A stretch of 64,000 bases of DNA from Bacilli bacterium (GCA_045597865.1 JAZLKX010000001.1:56796-120795), one strand, 5' to 3'; positions 10,568 to 21,863 are shown, counted from the stretch's first letter. Numbers and translations: made by a program. Notes: generated from the letters alone by a model not told the origin.

Positions 10568-13058
10568 AGTTAAAAGTCTCTTTAAAAAGATATTTGCAAA
10601 TTATGAAAGCATTTTACTATTCCTTTCAATTCTTTTAGTAAATTTTGATTTAGTTTTTTCTATTGTTAAATTGTCGAGTCTTGCATCGCTTTGTTTTAGA
10701 TCAACATACGTAATAATAGGCGCATGGATTATTGTAAAATTGGTTTTAAAAATAAAGCAAAAGAAAATATTTAAAAATGTTTTAAAAGATAGTTTTATTA
10801 GACAACTATTGCTAGTATTAATTGTATCGATAATAACATTCATTCCTATAATAATTCCGTTTTTTACAACCGCAATAAAATCTTTCGATTATTTTACTAA
10901 ATACATATGCTTAGTTTTTACTATGTTATACATAGTGTTGCTTACAAACGGAGAATTTAGTAGAAAAATTCCTCGTTTAAGCATATTTGTTTCTGTTCTT
11001 GTCGGGCTTATGTTTTGCGCAGCTTCTTTTATTGGATCGCTTCGCGGGCAGACTTATACTGGCGCCTACTCGTTCAACTTTTCAAATCCGAATGCTACAG
11101 CCTTAGCTATAGGTTATACAGTTGCTTGTTTAGCTTATGGTGTATTTATTACTCATTCTAAAATATTGAAAGTTTTTGTTTCTTTAGAAACTATGTATCT
11201 GCTATTTTTGTTGTATAAAACTCAAGCTAGAGCACCGATAATTGGTTTATTTGTGGCACTAGTTTTTGTTCTTATAATAAAACTATTCAAGAAAAAGAAT
11301 TCTTTAGTAATTTCATCGTTTATTGTATCTTTTATACTCTTTTCTGCTTGTGTTTATGTAATTATTTTGGTTTCTATTTCTGGAGCTTCAGCTCCACAAG
11401 TTTTAAATTTGCCAGCTATCGGAAAAGGTATAAGTTCTCGTTACAGCATATGGACCGAAGCCTTTAAAAGAATTGCAACGCAACCATTGTTGGGATTTTA
11501 CGGAACATTTAATGGACAGCTTCAATACCACAATGCAATTTTAGATTTGTTTGTTGCATATGGAGCTCCAGTTGCAATTATTTTAACTTTATGTTTTATC
11601 GTTTTATTAACGAAAGCTTTTGGCAAAATGAAATTTATTGTTAATTCGCAATATGTTGCATTATTTAGTCTGTGCAGTTTCTTCTTTACAGGTTTATTTG
11701 AGTCTTGCATATTTTCTTCAGCTCAAGGGTTGTACATATTGTGCTTTTCATTTATATTAGGAATTAGATTGCCTTTAACTGACGATTGTATTTCTGAAAA
11801 TAACGCTATTTATTTTAATGAACAGACAAGCAAAAATTGTAATATTATTCTAATAAATTCTGTTTATAAAAAAGGTAGTACAGGTAAGATTGTTGATACT
11901 TTAAAAAATGGTATTGAAAAAGCTAAGTTTGAAGCCTTTGTACTTTACGGAAGAAAAGAAATCGACACGCCTGTACATAATGCTTCAATTTGCACTAGTA
12001 AAATTGAATCTGTTTTATGCAGATTGTTAAATAAAATTACAAAAGATGGTTCTTTATTCAATTATTTTTCAACTTTTGAATACATCAGAATAATAAAAAA
12101 ATACAAACCACAAGTTGTTCATGTTCATTGCTTGAATGATCACTATATAAATCAATATATTTTATTTAGATTTTTAAAAAAACATCATATTAAAACAGTT
12201 TTGACATTGCATTCAGAGAATTTATATGTGGGGTGCCAAGAAGGTCATGTGTTTGATTGTGAAAATTGGTGCAGCGGAAATAAATGTCTAAATTGTAATA
12301 AATATAAGAGTCAAATTAAGAATGAACGTACATGGAAAAGACTTAATAGAATGTTTTTGAACTTTGAAGAATTGCAAATTACAGCCGTTTCTCCTTGGCT
12401 TGCAGAAAGAGCTAAAAAATCAACAATTTGTAAAGATATTCCTATAAAGACAGTATTAAATGGTTTAGATGATGCTTTTAATTTTTCATTAGAAAAGTCT
12501 AATATGCTCCCTGATAATTTGAATGATAAAAAGAAAATTCTATTTGTATGTGCTAATGCATCAAATCCACACAAAGGATTTAAATATTTTGAACAATTAG
12601 CATCTGAATTCGAATCAGATAGCAATATTCAATTTATTTGTCTTTCCTTAGAACAATATTCAAACAATTTTCATTCAAATGTTACTTTTTTAAATCCTAT
12701 TAAGGATATTGGACTACTAGCAAAAATTTATTCTGAATGTGATGTTTCATTAGTTTTAAGTAAAAAAGAAACATTTTCAATGCCAACAGCCGAGTCACTA
12801 TGTTGTGGAACAAAAGTTGCCGGTTTTGAATGCGGTGGTGCTGAGTCGATTGCATCAGGCGAAAATGCTATTTTTGTTGAACAAGGAAATGTTGATTTAT
12901 TAAAAAAAGCAATTAATCAAATTCTTTCGGAAAATTATGATAAACAAAAAGTTTCCGCTTTCTCAAGGGAAATTTATCTTTCCGACAATATGATTAATAA
13001 ATTTTTGAAGATTTATAATCTTAATGACAATTCAAAGGCCTATAGTATCGAGATTTAA
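10560..13058 (+). CDS. O-antigen ligase/Wzy-like membrane domain fused to GT4
   Basis: ~12 hydrophobic segments with NPN, xR-A and HN motifs, then GT4 (GSTGKI, VHCL, TLH, ETFSMPTAESL); ATG 10560 follows AAGGAG (the ORF track starts at 10503). Confidence 0.75.
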   Translation: MNKVKSLFKKIFANYESILLFLSILLVNFDLVFSIVKLSSLASLCFRSTYVIIGAWIIVKLVLKIKQKKIFKNVLKDSFIRQLLLVLIVSIITFIPIIIPFFTTAIKSFDYFTKYICLVFTMLYIVLLTNGEFSRKIPRLSIFVSVLVGLMFCAASFIGSLRGQTYTGAYSFNFSNPNATALAIGYTVACLAYGVFITHSKILKVFVSLETMYLLFLLYKTQARAPIIGLFVALVFVLIIKLFKKKNSLVISSFIVSFILFSACVYVIILVSISGASAPQVLNLPAIGKGISSRYSIWTEAFKRIATQPLLGFYGTFNGQLQYHNAILDLFVAYGAPVAIILTLCFIVLLTKAFGKMKFIVNSQYVALFSLCSFFFTGLFESCIFSSAQGLYILCFSFILGIRLPLTDDCISENNAIYFNEQTSKNCNIILINSVYKKGSTGKIVDTLKNGIEKAKFEAFVLYGRKEIDTPVHNASICTSKIESVLCRLLNKITKDGSLFNYFSTFEYIRIIKKYKPQVVHVHCLNDHYINQYILFRFLKKHHIKTVLTLHSENLYVGCQEGHVFDCENWCSGNKCLNCNKYKSQIKNERTWKRLNRMFLNFEELQITAVSPWLAERAKKSTICKDIPIKTVLNGLDDAFNFSLEKSNMLPDNLNDKKKILFVCANASNPHKGFKYFEQLASEFESDSNIQFICLSLEQYSNNFHSNVTFLNPIKDIGLLAKIYSECDVSLVLSKKETFSMPTAESLCCGTKVAGFECGGAESIASGENAIFVEQGNVDLLKKAINQILSENYDKQKVSAFSREIYLSDNMINKFLKIYNLNDNSKAYSIEI

Positions 13059-13061
13059 ATT

Positions 13062-14294
13062 ATGAAAATATTAGTGCTTTCAAACAATCCTTTAAGTTTA
13101 TCCAATTCAAATGGTAGAACGCTTTTAAATATGCTTGAATGTTTTAATAATTCTGAAATATTAAACATCTATGTTAATGGTAATGACCCAGCATTAGAAA
13201 AAGGGACTTTTTATAAAATAAATGAAGCAAGGATTTTGAAAAACAAAAAGCCATATGGTAAATATATTAAAGAAAGTAATGGTAATTCCGATGCACTAAT
13301 TGCAAAAAAGAGAAAAACACCTTTAAAATGTTTAATTAGATCGTATCTATGGTCAAAGAAATCTGTTTATAAGGAAATATTAAACATTGCAAAAAGTTTT
13401 GAAGCAGAAAGAATAATAATTCAATGTGGTGATTCTGATTTTTTAATTAGAATTGCATGTTTCTTAAGCAAAAGTTTGAATATCAAGCTAATTGCTTATA
13501 ATTCCGAAGACTATATTTTCAAGACATGGAATTACATTGAAAAGAAAAAGAAAAGATCAATATTCTTTAGAATTTTTCTTAGTAGATTAAAAAAATCATA
13601 TAATTTTCTTTACAAAACTGCTGATTCTTTTGTGTATTTAACTGACATGCTTTTGAACGAATATCTTGAAATTTTCCCTAATCAGAAAGGATATGTTATA
13701 TACAATTCCTCTAATATAAAACCGATTGGCAATTATGATAAAACAGGCCCAATAGTTTATAGTGGTAACCTTGGTGTAGGAAGAGCAGATGTTTTAATAC
13801 AATTATCACAATATATTCATAAAATTTTTAATAAAAAATTAACAATCTGCTCTCTAACGAAAGATAGTAACATTCTTAGCAAAATATGTAATTGTCATAA
13901 TATCGATTTTATTGGAAAACTTGAATATAAGGATAATATTAATTTACTTAAAAAGTCCTCATTAATCATTCATGTTGAATCTATGGAGGACTACTACGTT
14001 AAAGATACAAAAAATGCTTTTTCTACAAAAATAGCTGATAGTTTATCTATGGGCGTGCCATTCTTTATTTTTGCTCCATCTACATCAGCGGTGTCTAAGT
14101 ATATAAAAGATAATGATTGTGCATTCATTGCGAATGACTTCGTTTATGCTGAATCCACTTTAAGAAGAATATCTAGTGATGAAACCTTTAGAATAAGTAA
14201 ATTACCTAATGCTTTAAAAACCGCAAAGCTAAATCACAATTCAAATAAAAACTCATTATTTTTTTATCAAATTGTTAAGGAGGATAATAAATGA
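13062..14294 (+). CDS. GT-B fold glycosyltransferase (GT4-like)
   Basis: YSGNL, STKIADSL..G.P motif; operon context. Confidence 0.7.
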   Translation: MKILVLSNNPLSLSNSNGRTLLNMLECFNNSEILNIYVNGNDPALEKGTFYKINEARILKNKKPYGKYIKESNGNSDALIAKKRKTPLKCLIRSYLWSKKSVYKEILNIAKSFEAERIIIQCGDSDFLIRIACFLSKSLNIKLIAYNSEDYIFKTWNYIEKKKKRSIFFRIFLSRLKKSYNFLYKTADSFVYLTDMLLNEYLEIFPNQKGYVIYNSSNIKPIGNYDKTGPIVYSGNLGVGRADVLIQLSQYIHKIFNKKLTICSLTKDSNILSKICNCHNIDFIGKLEYKDNINLLKKSSLIIHVESMEDYYVKDTKNAFSTKIADSLSMGVPFFIFAPSTSAVSKYIKDNDCAFIANDFVYAESTLRRISSDETFRISKLPNALKTAKLNHNSNKNSLFFYQIVKEDNK

Positions 14295-15085
14295 CCCTAC
14301 AGGTTTTGATATCAACAATGTTTGAAAAAGACTATTCTTTGCTTGAAAGAATGAATGTGCAGAGTAATTGTGTTATTGTGAACCAAACATATGATAATTC
14401 TGTTAGTGAGTTTGTTTTTAAAGGTCATAACATCACATGGATTAATTCCAAAGAAAGAGGTCTTTCAAAAAGCAGAAATTTAGCATTAAAGTATGCAAAT
14501 GCTGACATTTTACTGCTTGCTGATAATGATGAAATTTTTCGTGAGGATTATGATAATTTGATATTAAATGATTTTGCAAAAAATAAAAAAGCTGATCTTA
14601 TTTGTTTTAACATCGAATCAATTGATAATAAAAGATCTAGATACATTAATAAGAAAAATAAAAAATTGTCATTTCTTAATGTGTTTAAATATGGCAGTGC
14701 AAGAATAGGATTCAGACGAAATTTTCTAGACAAATTTAAAATTAAATTCAATGAGAATTTCGGTGCAGGTACAGAAAACGGTGGAGGAGAAGACTCTTTG
14801 TTTTTAAATGATTTTTTAAAAAATGGTGGATCATGTTTTTCAAGTCCAGTTTTTATTGCTGATATTGATGATTCCAAATCCACCTGGTTTAATGGTTATA
14901 ATGAGAAATATTTTTTTAATCTTGGGAAATTTCTTTATGTATTAACTCCAAAAAATGTTCGTTTAATTTCTTTTTTAGTTCTACTAAAAAGATTTAAACA
15001 TACGAGAAAAATAGGTTTTTTTAAAGCTTTAAAATCATTAAATAAAGGTATAAAATTTCAAAAAACATTTAAAAACAAAAACTAA
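14291..15085 (+). CDS. Glycosyltransferase family 2 / GT-A
   Basis: VLISTM, RGLSKSRN, ADND, FGAG...GED. Confidence 0.8.
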   Translation: MTLQVLISTMFEKDYSLLERMNVQSNCVIVNQTYDNSVSEFVFKGHNITWINSKERGLSKSRNLALKYANADILLLADNDEIFREDYDNLILNDFAKNKKADLICFNIESIDNKRSRYINKKNKKLSFLNVFKYGSARIGFRRNFLDKFKIKFNENFGAGTENGGGEDSLFLNDFLKNGGSCFSSPVFIADIDDSKSTWFNGYNEKYFFNLGKFLYVLTPKNVRLISFLVLLKRFKHTRKIGFFKALKSLNKGIKFQKTFKNKN

Positions 15086-15102
15086 GTTTGTAAAATATTT
15101 TT

Positions 15103-16212
15103 ATGAAAAAAATTTTATTATCAAGTTACTGTGATGGATATAATTTCGGTTCTCTCTTACAATGTTTTGCTCTTAAAAAGTATTTAACATCATGCGGTTA
15201 TGACGTTGATGTTTGTTCTAACAAAAAAAGCAAAATTTTTCAATTTTTGTTTAGGGGGTTTTTCCACCCTTTAGTTTTAAAAAAATTTATTAAATCAAGA
15301 AAAGCAAGCAATAATGAATTCTCCGCGTTTCAAATTAAGAAATTTCAAGATTTTATTGATTTTTTAGAGATTAACTATCTTTCCTTTTCAAAACACAGAA
15401 AGTTAGCTTACTCAGACAATGTGCTTGCATCAATTGCTGGAAGTGATCAAGTTTGGAATTCTGAAAGTTTATTCATAAGTCCTTATTATTTCCTTTCTTA
15501 TTCTCCGTACAAAAAAAATATTGCATATGCCCCATCTTTTGGTAGAAACTACATTCCAAAATATAATATTAATATTATTGAAAGAAAGATTAAAAAAATT
15601 CGTTTTTTATCAACTAGAGAAATTTTAAATAAATCTTTGTTAGAAAATATTTCCCATAGAAATGATGTAGCGATTTGCTGCGACCCAGTATTTTTAATCT
15701 CTGAAGAAGAATGGAATGAAACAAATAAGCCTTTAATTGAACAAGACTATGTCCTTTGTTACGTTTTAAATACTCCTGATAATATTGTCGTAAATCAAAT
15801 TGTGTCAAAGCTTAATTCTATTAAAAAAACTGTCATTTTTGTTGGAAACAGTTTTGAAGGGTTTAAGAATGATTTTAAATTTGACTTTAAATTCATATCA
15901 ATTGATGTGCTTGATTTTCCAAATTTAATTTTTAATAGCAATTTTGTGATTACAGACTCATTCCATGGAATAGCTTTTTCAATAATTGGTAAGAAAAAAA
16001 TATGGTTAATCGAGCGTAATTATTCTGGAAAAATGAATCAAAACATAAGGATAGAAAGCCTTTTCTTATCTTGTAATTATCAATTTGATAAAAATAGTAA
16101 TGATGTAAAAGAAATTGAATTTTGCAACGATAATTACATGCATCTTAATAAATTTATTAATGAATCAAAGGATTACCTTTTAGGTTCGTTGAGTATATTA
16201 GAAAATGAATAA
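15103..16212 (+). CDS. Polysaccharide pyruvyl transferase family protein
   Basis: NFGSLLQ, GSDQVWN, YAPSFG, STRE, DPVFL, TDSFHG. Confidence 0.9.
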   Translation: MKKILLSSYCDGYNFGSLLQCFALKKYLTSCGYDVDVCSNKKSKIFQFLFRGFFHPLVLKKFIKSRKASNNEFSAFQIKKFQDFIDFLEINYLSFSKHRKLAYSDNVLASIAGSDQVWNSESLFISPYYFLSYSPYKKNIAYAPSFGRNYIPKYNINIIERKIKKIRFLSTREILNKSLLENISHRNDVAICCDPVFLISEEEWNETNKPLIEQDYVLCYVLNTPDNIVVNQIVSKLNSIKKTVIFVGNSFEGFKNDFKFDFKFISIDVLDFPNLIFNSNFVITDSFHGIAFSIIGKKKIWLIERNYSGKMNQNIRIESLFLSCNYQFDKNSNDVKEIEFCNDNYMHLNKFINESKDYLLGSLSILENE

Positions 16213-17383
16213 TATTAGAGATATTAATAATCAAATTTGTTCTGGTTGCGGATCTTGCATTCATATATGCCCTAGAAAAGCAATTGCTTATGTCCAAAAA
16301 GACGGTTTTTTTAGAGCGGAAGTTGATGAAAATAAGTGTATTTCTTGTGGATTATGTAAAAATTATTGCTATAGATTCAAAAAAATTAATGAGTCGTTTT
16401 TTGACGATTCTAAGATTTTTTGCGTAAAAAATAAAAATAGTGAAATTTTGAAAAAATCATCTTCTGGTGGAGCATCTAACGCTTTGATGAATGCGTTACT
16501 TGATGAAGGTTATATTGTCTACTCATTTGAATATTTAAAGGAAGAAAAACTTTTGATGCTTTCAAAAGCAAAAAATAAGAATGAAGCGTTAAAATTTATC
16601 GGTTCAAAATACATGCAATCAGTTTCATATAGAAAAGAAATATATGATGAATTATTAAAATTTTCTAAGGATACAAAATTAGCTTTTTTTGGCACCCCGT
16701 GTTTCGTGAGTGGCATGAAATTATTTCTTGAAAATAAAGGATTCACAAATTTATTCTTTGTTGATATTTTTTGTCACGGAACGCCGTCTATTTTGCTTTG
16801 GCAAAAATACATTTCATCATTCGGAGAGGTGAAAGAAGAAACTTTTAGAGATAAAAGATATGGTTGGCACAATTATTCTTCTTCTTTTGAAAAACATGGT
16901 AAGTCTTATTGCAAAAAAAATGATAAGTTTTATTCACTATATTTTTCTAATTTGTTAATGAATGAGAGCTGTTATGATTGCAATATAAGAACAAAATTTA
17001 ATTCTGATATAAGAATTGGAGATGCTTGGGGATATAGCTATGATACTGATAAACAAGGGGTTTCTCTACTGGTATGCATCTCTGAAAAAGGGAATGATTT
17101 ATTGCAAAAAGTCGGTAATGATCTTTCTTTTTTAAAACCAATTCAACTTTCAGAAATTAAGCAATTTCAATCCATTTATCAAAAAAGAAAAACAGATAAT
17201 AAAAAAAGAGAAAAATTACTATTTTCATTAAACGAAAGTTTTGATTCTTGTTATAAATCATACATTAATGGGATGTCGTTTAATGAAAAAGCTTCTTATT
17301 TTTTCAAAAAAATATTTAATAAATTCCCATATTCTATAAAAAGGGCAATCACTAAATATTCTCATAAAAAATGCAATAGATAA
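16205..17383 (+). CDS. 4Fe-4S / coenzyme F420 hydrogenase beta-subunit-like protein
   Basis: Two ferredoxin motifs (CSGCGSC..CP, CISCGLC), SSSGG, GSKY.QS, GTPC, CHGTPS, SCYDC, GDAWG. Confidence 0.85.
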   Translation: MNNIRDINNQICSGCGSCIHICPRKAIAYVQKDGFFRAEVDENKCISCGLCKNYCYRFKKINESFFDDSKIFCVKNKNSEILKKSSSGGASNALMNALLDEGYIVYSFEYLKEEKLLMLSKAKNKNEALKFIGSKYMQSVSYRKEIYDELLKFSKDTKLAFFGTPCFVSGMKLFLENKGFTNLFFVDIFCHGTPSILLWQKYISSFGEVKEETFRDKRYGWHNYSSSFEKHGKSYCKKNDKFYSLYFSNLLMNESCYDCNIRTKFNSDIRIGDAWGYSYDTDKQGVSLLVCISEKGNDLLQKVGNDLSFLKPIQLSEIKQFQSIYQKRKTDNKKREKLLFSLNESFDSCYKSYINGMSFNEKASYFFKKIFNKFPYSIKRAITKYSHKKCNR

Positions 17384-17598
17384 TAAATTTACACTCCTTG
17401 TTTTCATTGCAATTTAAGCAATTATTTGAATTTTAAACAGCCATTTAAACCATTAAAGTTTATTTAGTGGTGTTTTATTAATAAATTTTGATAAAATATT
17501 AAATATCTATATTAAAAAGAATTGCTAAAAAATATTGGGCTCGCAATTGTGATGATATGGACTATATAAACTATTTTAAATTTTTTATGTAAGAAATT

Positions 17599-18846
17599 AT
17601 GATGAAAATTAAAAATAAAAAAAGTTTAATAATATCAATTATTTTAATAATTTTTGGAGCTTCATCATTAGTTGGTTCCATTTTGATATCTAGAAATAAT
17701 TTCAATGTTTTTTATCTGAATTCTGAAGAAGATGTTTATAGAATAAAAGATAATCTTGATGGTTATTATGTGCTAAATTCAAAAATTGAAATTACTAAAC
17801 CATGGATTCCGATTGGCACCGAAGAAAAGCCTTTTACCGGGCATATTGAAGGAAATTATAAATCAATTATTTTAAGTGGCGGTTATGATATAAATTATGC
17901 AAATTCCTTGCATGATGATAACTTTTTGAACTTAGGATTTTTAGGTGTAAATAAGGGAACCGTTATTCATTTAAATATTAAAGACGCAGGTATTGATAAT
18001 TTTGCTTGGTCATCTTTAGAGAATAAATTTAATTTAAATTACGGAATCATTTCTGCTGTTAATAAAGGTTATATAACTGGCTGCAAAACAGCAGCAAACC
18101 CAATAAATATCAATTCAAATATTGATTTAGCAAATATTGGCGGAATTTGTGGTGTAAATAATCATCAAATACAAGGATGTTCATGCGTATCAGCATTTAA
18201 TGTCACTACTAATTGCCAATCAAATGTTGCTGCAATTTGTGGTTTGCAAGAAAGCAGTGGTGTAGCTAAATATTGTTACAGAACTGGAAGTTTAGCATTA
18301 AATCTTGGATCAAATAGTAATTCAGCGCTTTGTGTTGGCTTATGTAAAGGTGGAGAAATTAATAATATCGGTTTATCCTCAAATGATGAAAAACTAGTTG
18401 AATTGAATTTAACATCAGAAACTTATTCAGCAGGTGCTTTGATTGGAAAAGCTGATTTGACTGATAATTTAACTGTTTCAAATATAGTTGCTGACATAAG
18501 TTTAACTTCTGAAAAGTATTTAAATAGTTTCGGTTTTATTTGTGGCGAAATTGTTAATAATGGAAAAACATTAAATTGCAAAAACATTTGTTTGTCTGGT
18601 AGCGTAACTATTCAAAATACAGATTCTAATACATCAGGATTGTTGTTTGGAAATTACTTAGATAAGAATTTAAATAAATTTGATAATGTCTATTATTATT
18701 CAGTTACTTCTAATATTGGAAAATTTAATTATTTTGGCTTAGCAGAATCTAATTATAATAATTTATCATTAAACAAACTCAATTTTGATGAGGCAGTTTG
18801 GGAAAAAGGAAAATACAATTTTTATTTAACATATGGGCAAAAATAA
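17599..18846 (+). CDS. GLUG-repeat membrane-anchored protein, copy 2 (paralog of 9320-10567)
   Basis: Shares EED.Y.I.D.LDGY, PIG...PF.G and GGICGVN blocks with copy 1. Confidence 0.65.
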   Translation: MMKIKNKKSLIISIILIIFGASSLVGSILISRNNFNVFYLNSEEDVYRIKDNLDGYYVLNSKIEITKPWIPIGTEEKPFTGHIEGNYKSIILSGGYDINYANSLHDDNFLNLGFLGVNKGTVIHLNIKDAGIDNFAWSSLENKFNLNYGIISAVNKGYITGCKTAANPININSNIDLANIGGICGVNNHQIQGCSCVSAFNVTTNCQSNVAAICGLQESSGVAKYCYRTGSLALNLGSNSNSALCVGLCKGGEINNIGLSSNDEKLVELNLTSETYSAGALIGKADLTDNLTVSNIVADISLTSEKYLNSFGFICGEIVNNGKTLNCKNICLSGSVTIQNTDSNTSGLLFGNYLDKNLNKFDNVYYYSVTSNIGKFNYFGLAESNYNNLSLNKLNFDEAVWEKGKYNFYLTYGQK

Positions 18847-20065
18847 AATATTTCAAATTATTAAAAATGAAATTGACTCAATTATATTGATTACCATTTT
18901 TTCGTTATCATTTTTATCTATTTTAACTTTGCATTTTAAGTTAGATACTGTGTCTTCTATTTTCTTTAAATTGATATTTGGATTTATTGGATTATGGCTT
19001 GTTATCAAGTTGATATTATTTTTAAAGCAAAAGCAAAAAGAAAAACCTACCTTTGATTGCAAAATGTTTTTAGCTTTATCAGGATTATCTATTTTGTTCT
19101 TAACGATATCAGTATTGGTTTCCTATATTGCTAATGAAACAAATCCTACGTTTAATAGCTTAAGTTATTTTGTTGTACTTATATTTTCAATACTAACCTT
19201 GTTGTTGGTTAAGTTTGGAAAATTTAATCCAATTATTTTTAAGGTTTTAATACTTGAATCGATTTTATTGAGTCTTGTATTTTTAATAACTTTTGCGACT
19301 GGTTATTCAAGAGAATGGTCTGGAGTTAAAAGCTTTTCGGGTTTAACTTTGAATTTCTCTAATCCTAATTTAACTGGAATTATTTTATCAACATTAACAA
19401 TCATCATTATCTACTCTATATTTGCATTTAAAAACAAAGTCCTTAAATTCTCACTATTGGCTTTTGCAGTAATTGATTTAATTCTACTTGTTTTTACTTC
19501 TGCAAGAACTCCGTTATTGGCATGTGGTTGTGCTGCAGTTGTAACGCTTATTTATTTCTTGCTAAGAAAACACAATCTTAATCTGCCAATTTCAATCGCT
19601 ATTGTTTTAGCTCCAATAATATTTGTCGGTTTATATTTGCTAATTTTTAATGGAAATTTAAATAGTTCAATTAGCATTAGTGAAGGAAAAGATGCTACTT
19701 CGAGATTATTTATCTGGGTTGAACGACTAAAACAATATTCAGCAACCCCAAGAACAGTATTGTTTGGTGATTATCTAAGATTACAAAGTAATTCACATAA
19801 CTCGATTTTGACATTATTAAGCTCATATGGCTTATTCTCTACAATGTCTTGCCTGTCGTTAATGGCATTCGGTTTGTATGATTTAACGAAAGAGACAACA
19901 TCTTTTAGCATAAGCAAATTTTACGGATTATTCTTTGTTTTGCTTGTTATTTTACTTGGAATTGGGGAATCAACACCTGTAATTACTTCAAATGGAATGT
20001 TTACAATCTTTGCCATTAGTATTGTTATGATTAAAATTCCTCAAGCACAACAAATAAATGAATAA
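18833..20065 (+). CDS. O-antigen ligase/Wzy-like polytopic membrane protein, copy 2
   Basis: Many TM segments; NFSNPN, TSART, SR..IW, HNS motifs shared with the 10560 protein. Confidence 0.7.
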   Translation: MGKNKIFQIIKNEIDSIILITIFSLSFLSILTLHFKLDTVSSIFFKLIFGFIGLWLVIKLILFLKQKQKEKPTFDCKMFLALSGLSILFLTISVLVSYIANETNPTFNSLSYFVVLIFSILTLLLVKFGKFNPIIFKVLILESILLSLVFLITFATGYSREWSGVKSFSGLTLNFSNPNLTGIILSTLTIIIIYSIFAFKNKVLKFSLLAFAVIDLILLVFTSARTPLLACGCAAVVTLIYFLLRKHNLNLPISIAIVLAPIIFVGLYLLIFNGNLNSSISISEGKDATSRLFIWVERLKQYSATPRTVLFGDYLRLQSNSHNSILTLLSSYGLFSTMSCLSLMAFGLYDLTKETTSFSISKFYGLFFVLLVILLGIGESTPVITSNGMFTIFAISIVMIKIPQAQQINE

Positions 20066-21431
20066 AGATAAAAGAGCAAAAGCTAAAGAAGAAAAAGAAA
20101 ATCATCCTTTTAAACATAAACTAAAAGTATTATTAACTCTTTTCTTGTGTTTAACAGTGGTTCTATTAACTGCAGTTTATATTACATATCTTGTAACGCA
20201 TAAAGACACTAATAGAAATCCTAATACATATAATGAAAACTCAAATGTATCTTTAATTGAGAAAAACATGATTGATGCATTCTCTAATACAAAGGATACA
20301 GGAAAGTTTTCTTTTTCACTTAGTGATTCCGATATCAATCAAATGATTAAGAATGTATCAGATCATGTTTTAAATGATAAATGTCAAAGTATGTATTATG
20401 AATCTAAAGATGGTCACCATTACTTTTATATTGATTTAAAACCAAAACTTTTTGTGACCACTAGAGTTGTAATTGATACTTCTATAGTGGGTGTTACAAA
20501 TATTAACGAAGTAGTGCTTCAAATAAATAAAGTATCAATGGGTAAACTTCCATATATAAAACAAGCAAATTATTTAAATGAAGATTTTTTCAATAAGTTA
20601 TCAGAGTATTCATTACTTCCTATTAAGTATAGTAAGTCCACTAAAACAATAATCACGTATCCATATAAACTAATGGAATATTTTCCAAGTGGAGAATATA
20701 TGGATATCTTAAAAGAACTAATTGATACTAAACCAGAAGTTCTTAAAGCTACTGGAGATTCATTGTTTGGATTTAATATTGATTTCTCTTCTTTTAGAAG
20801 TAATAACCATAAATCTCCAGAAAGAAGTGAAGAAGTAATAGATTTAAAAGAAAGAGTAGAATCCTCTATAACTGAAGACTTTTTAGATTCAATACCATCT
20901 GGAGAATCCAAAGTAGCGTGTTCTTTTACTCTTGGAGAATTAAATAGACTTATCTATACCAGCATCAATGTTTTAGATAAAGAAATACATGAACATAGTT
21001 TAACTGAAAACAAGTGCATATTAGGTATTACTGATGTATTTGGATATGTTGAATCCGGTAACTTTATTTATAGAGTAGTGTTTTCTATTAATGGATATGA
21101 GATTGATTTTGACATTAAATCCGAAATTTACGAATTTAATAAAGATTTAATGATATCATTCTATACTGGCGCTAGCGTTAAGTGTGGTGGTGTAGAGTTT
21201 GGTATTAAAAATGAGTTAACAAAACAAATTCGTGGTTCTTTTGAGACAGTATTACAAAATGTTGCAGAAACATCTCCTGGTTTAAAATATTCAAGAGACA
21301 ATGGATCTTTTACAGTTGATTTTACTTATTTAGAAAAGCCTACTGGTATTCTTTACTTTTATGGTACTCAAATAAAAGTTAAATATTTAGAATCTATTAC
21401 TTTTGAATTTATTATTACTAATTACTTTTAA
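20058..21431 (+). CDS. Hypothetical protein with single N-terminal TM anchor
   Basis: 457-aa ORF overlapping the previous stop; hydrophobic stretch at aa ~24-45. Confidence 0.6.
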   Translation: MNKDKRAKAKEEKENHPFKHKLKVLLTLFLCLTVVLLTAVYITYLVTHKDTNRNPNTYNENSNVSLIEKNMIDAFSNTKDTGKFSFSLSDSDINQMIKNVSDHVLNDKCQSMYYESKDGHHYFYIDLKPKLFVTTRVVIDTSIVGVTNINEVVLQINKVSMGKLPYIKQANYLNEDFFNKLSEYSLLPIKYSKSTKTIITYPYKLMEYFPSGEYMDILKELIDTKPEVLKATGDSLFGFNIDFSSFRSNNHKSPERSEEVIDLKERVESSITEDFLDSIPSGESKVACSFTLGELNRLIYTSINVLDKEIHEHSLTENKCILGITDVFGYVESGNFIYRVVFSINGYEIDFDIKSEIYEFNKDLMISFYTGASVKCGGVEFGIKNELTKQIRGSFETVLQNVAETSPGLKYSRDNGSFTVDFTYLEKPTGILYFYGTQIKVKYLESITFEFIITNYF

Positions 21432-21445
21432 ATACTTAAAGTATT

Positions 21446-21545
21446 CGGGTTTTATTCATTACGATTATTACAATCTATTCATAAAACATTAAGAAGATAA
21501 ACATCTTCTTTTGTTTTTGATTTCTCATATGTAATAGAGAAATAT
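21446..21545 (+). repeat. Structured dispersed repeat, copy A
   Basis: Core CATTACGATTATTACAATCTATTC at 21457-21480, then hairpins AAGAAGAT/ATCTTCTT and ATTTCTC/GAGAAAT. Confidence 0.85.
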
Positions 21546-21863
21546 CCATGCTTTATAAACAATAGAGAAATCCTTTATCTTATCCTTATATATCAAAAGA
21601 AAAGCAGGGTGTTTTGTTATTAAGCATTAGAACTTATGTAGAAAAGTATTAACTGGTATTACGATTGTTAGAGTATATAAGCACCCATCTATCATTCATT
21701 TTTTATTTTTTTATATTTAAGATTCTGTGCTTTTTTATTTTCAAAGGAATTATAACTATTATTAAGAAAAGTAAATTTGAAGTATATGGAACAACACTCC
21801 TTGAAGCAATAGATATTGTTGATATATAATCAATAAGCAACATTTTGTTTGTTGCTCCTTAAT

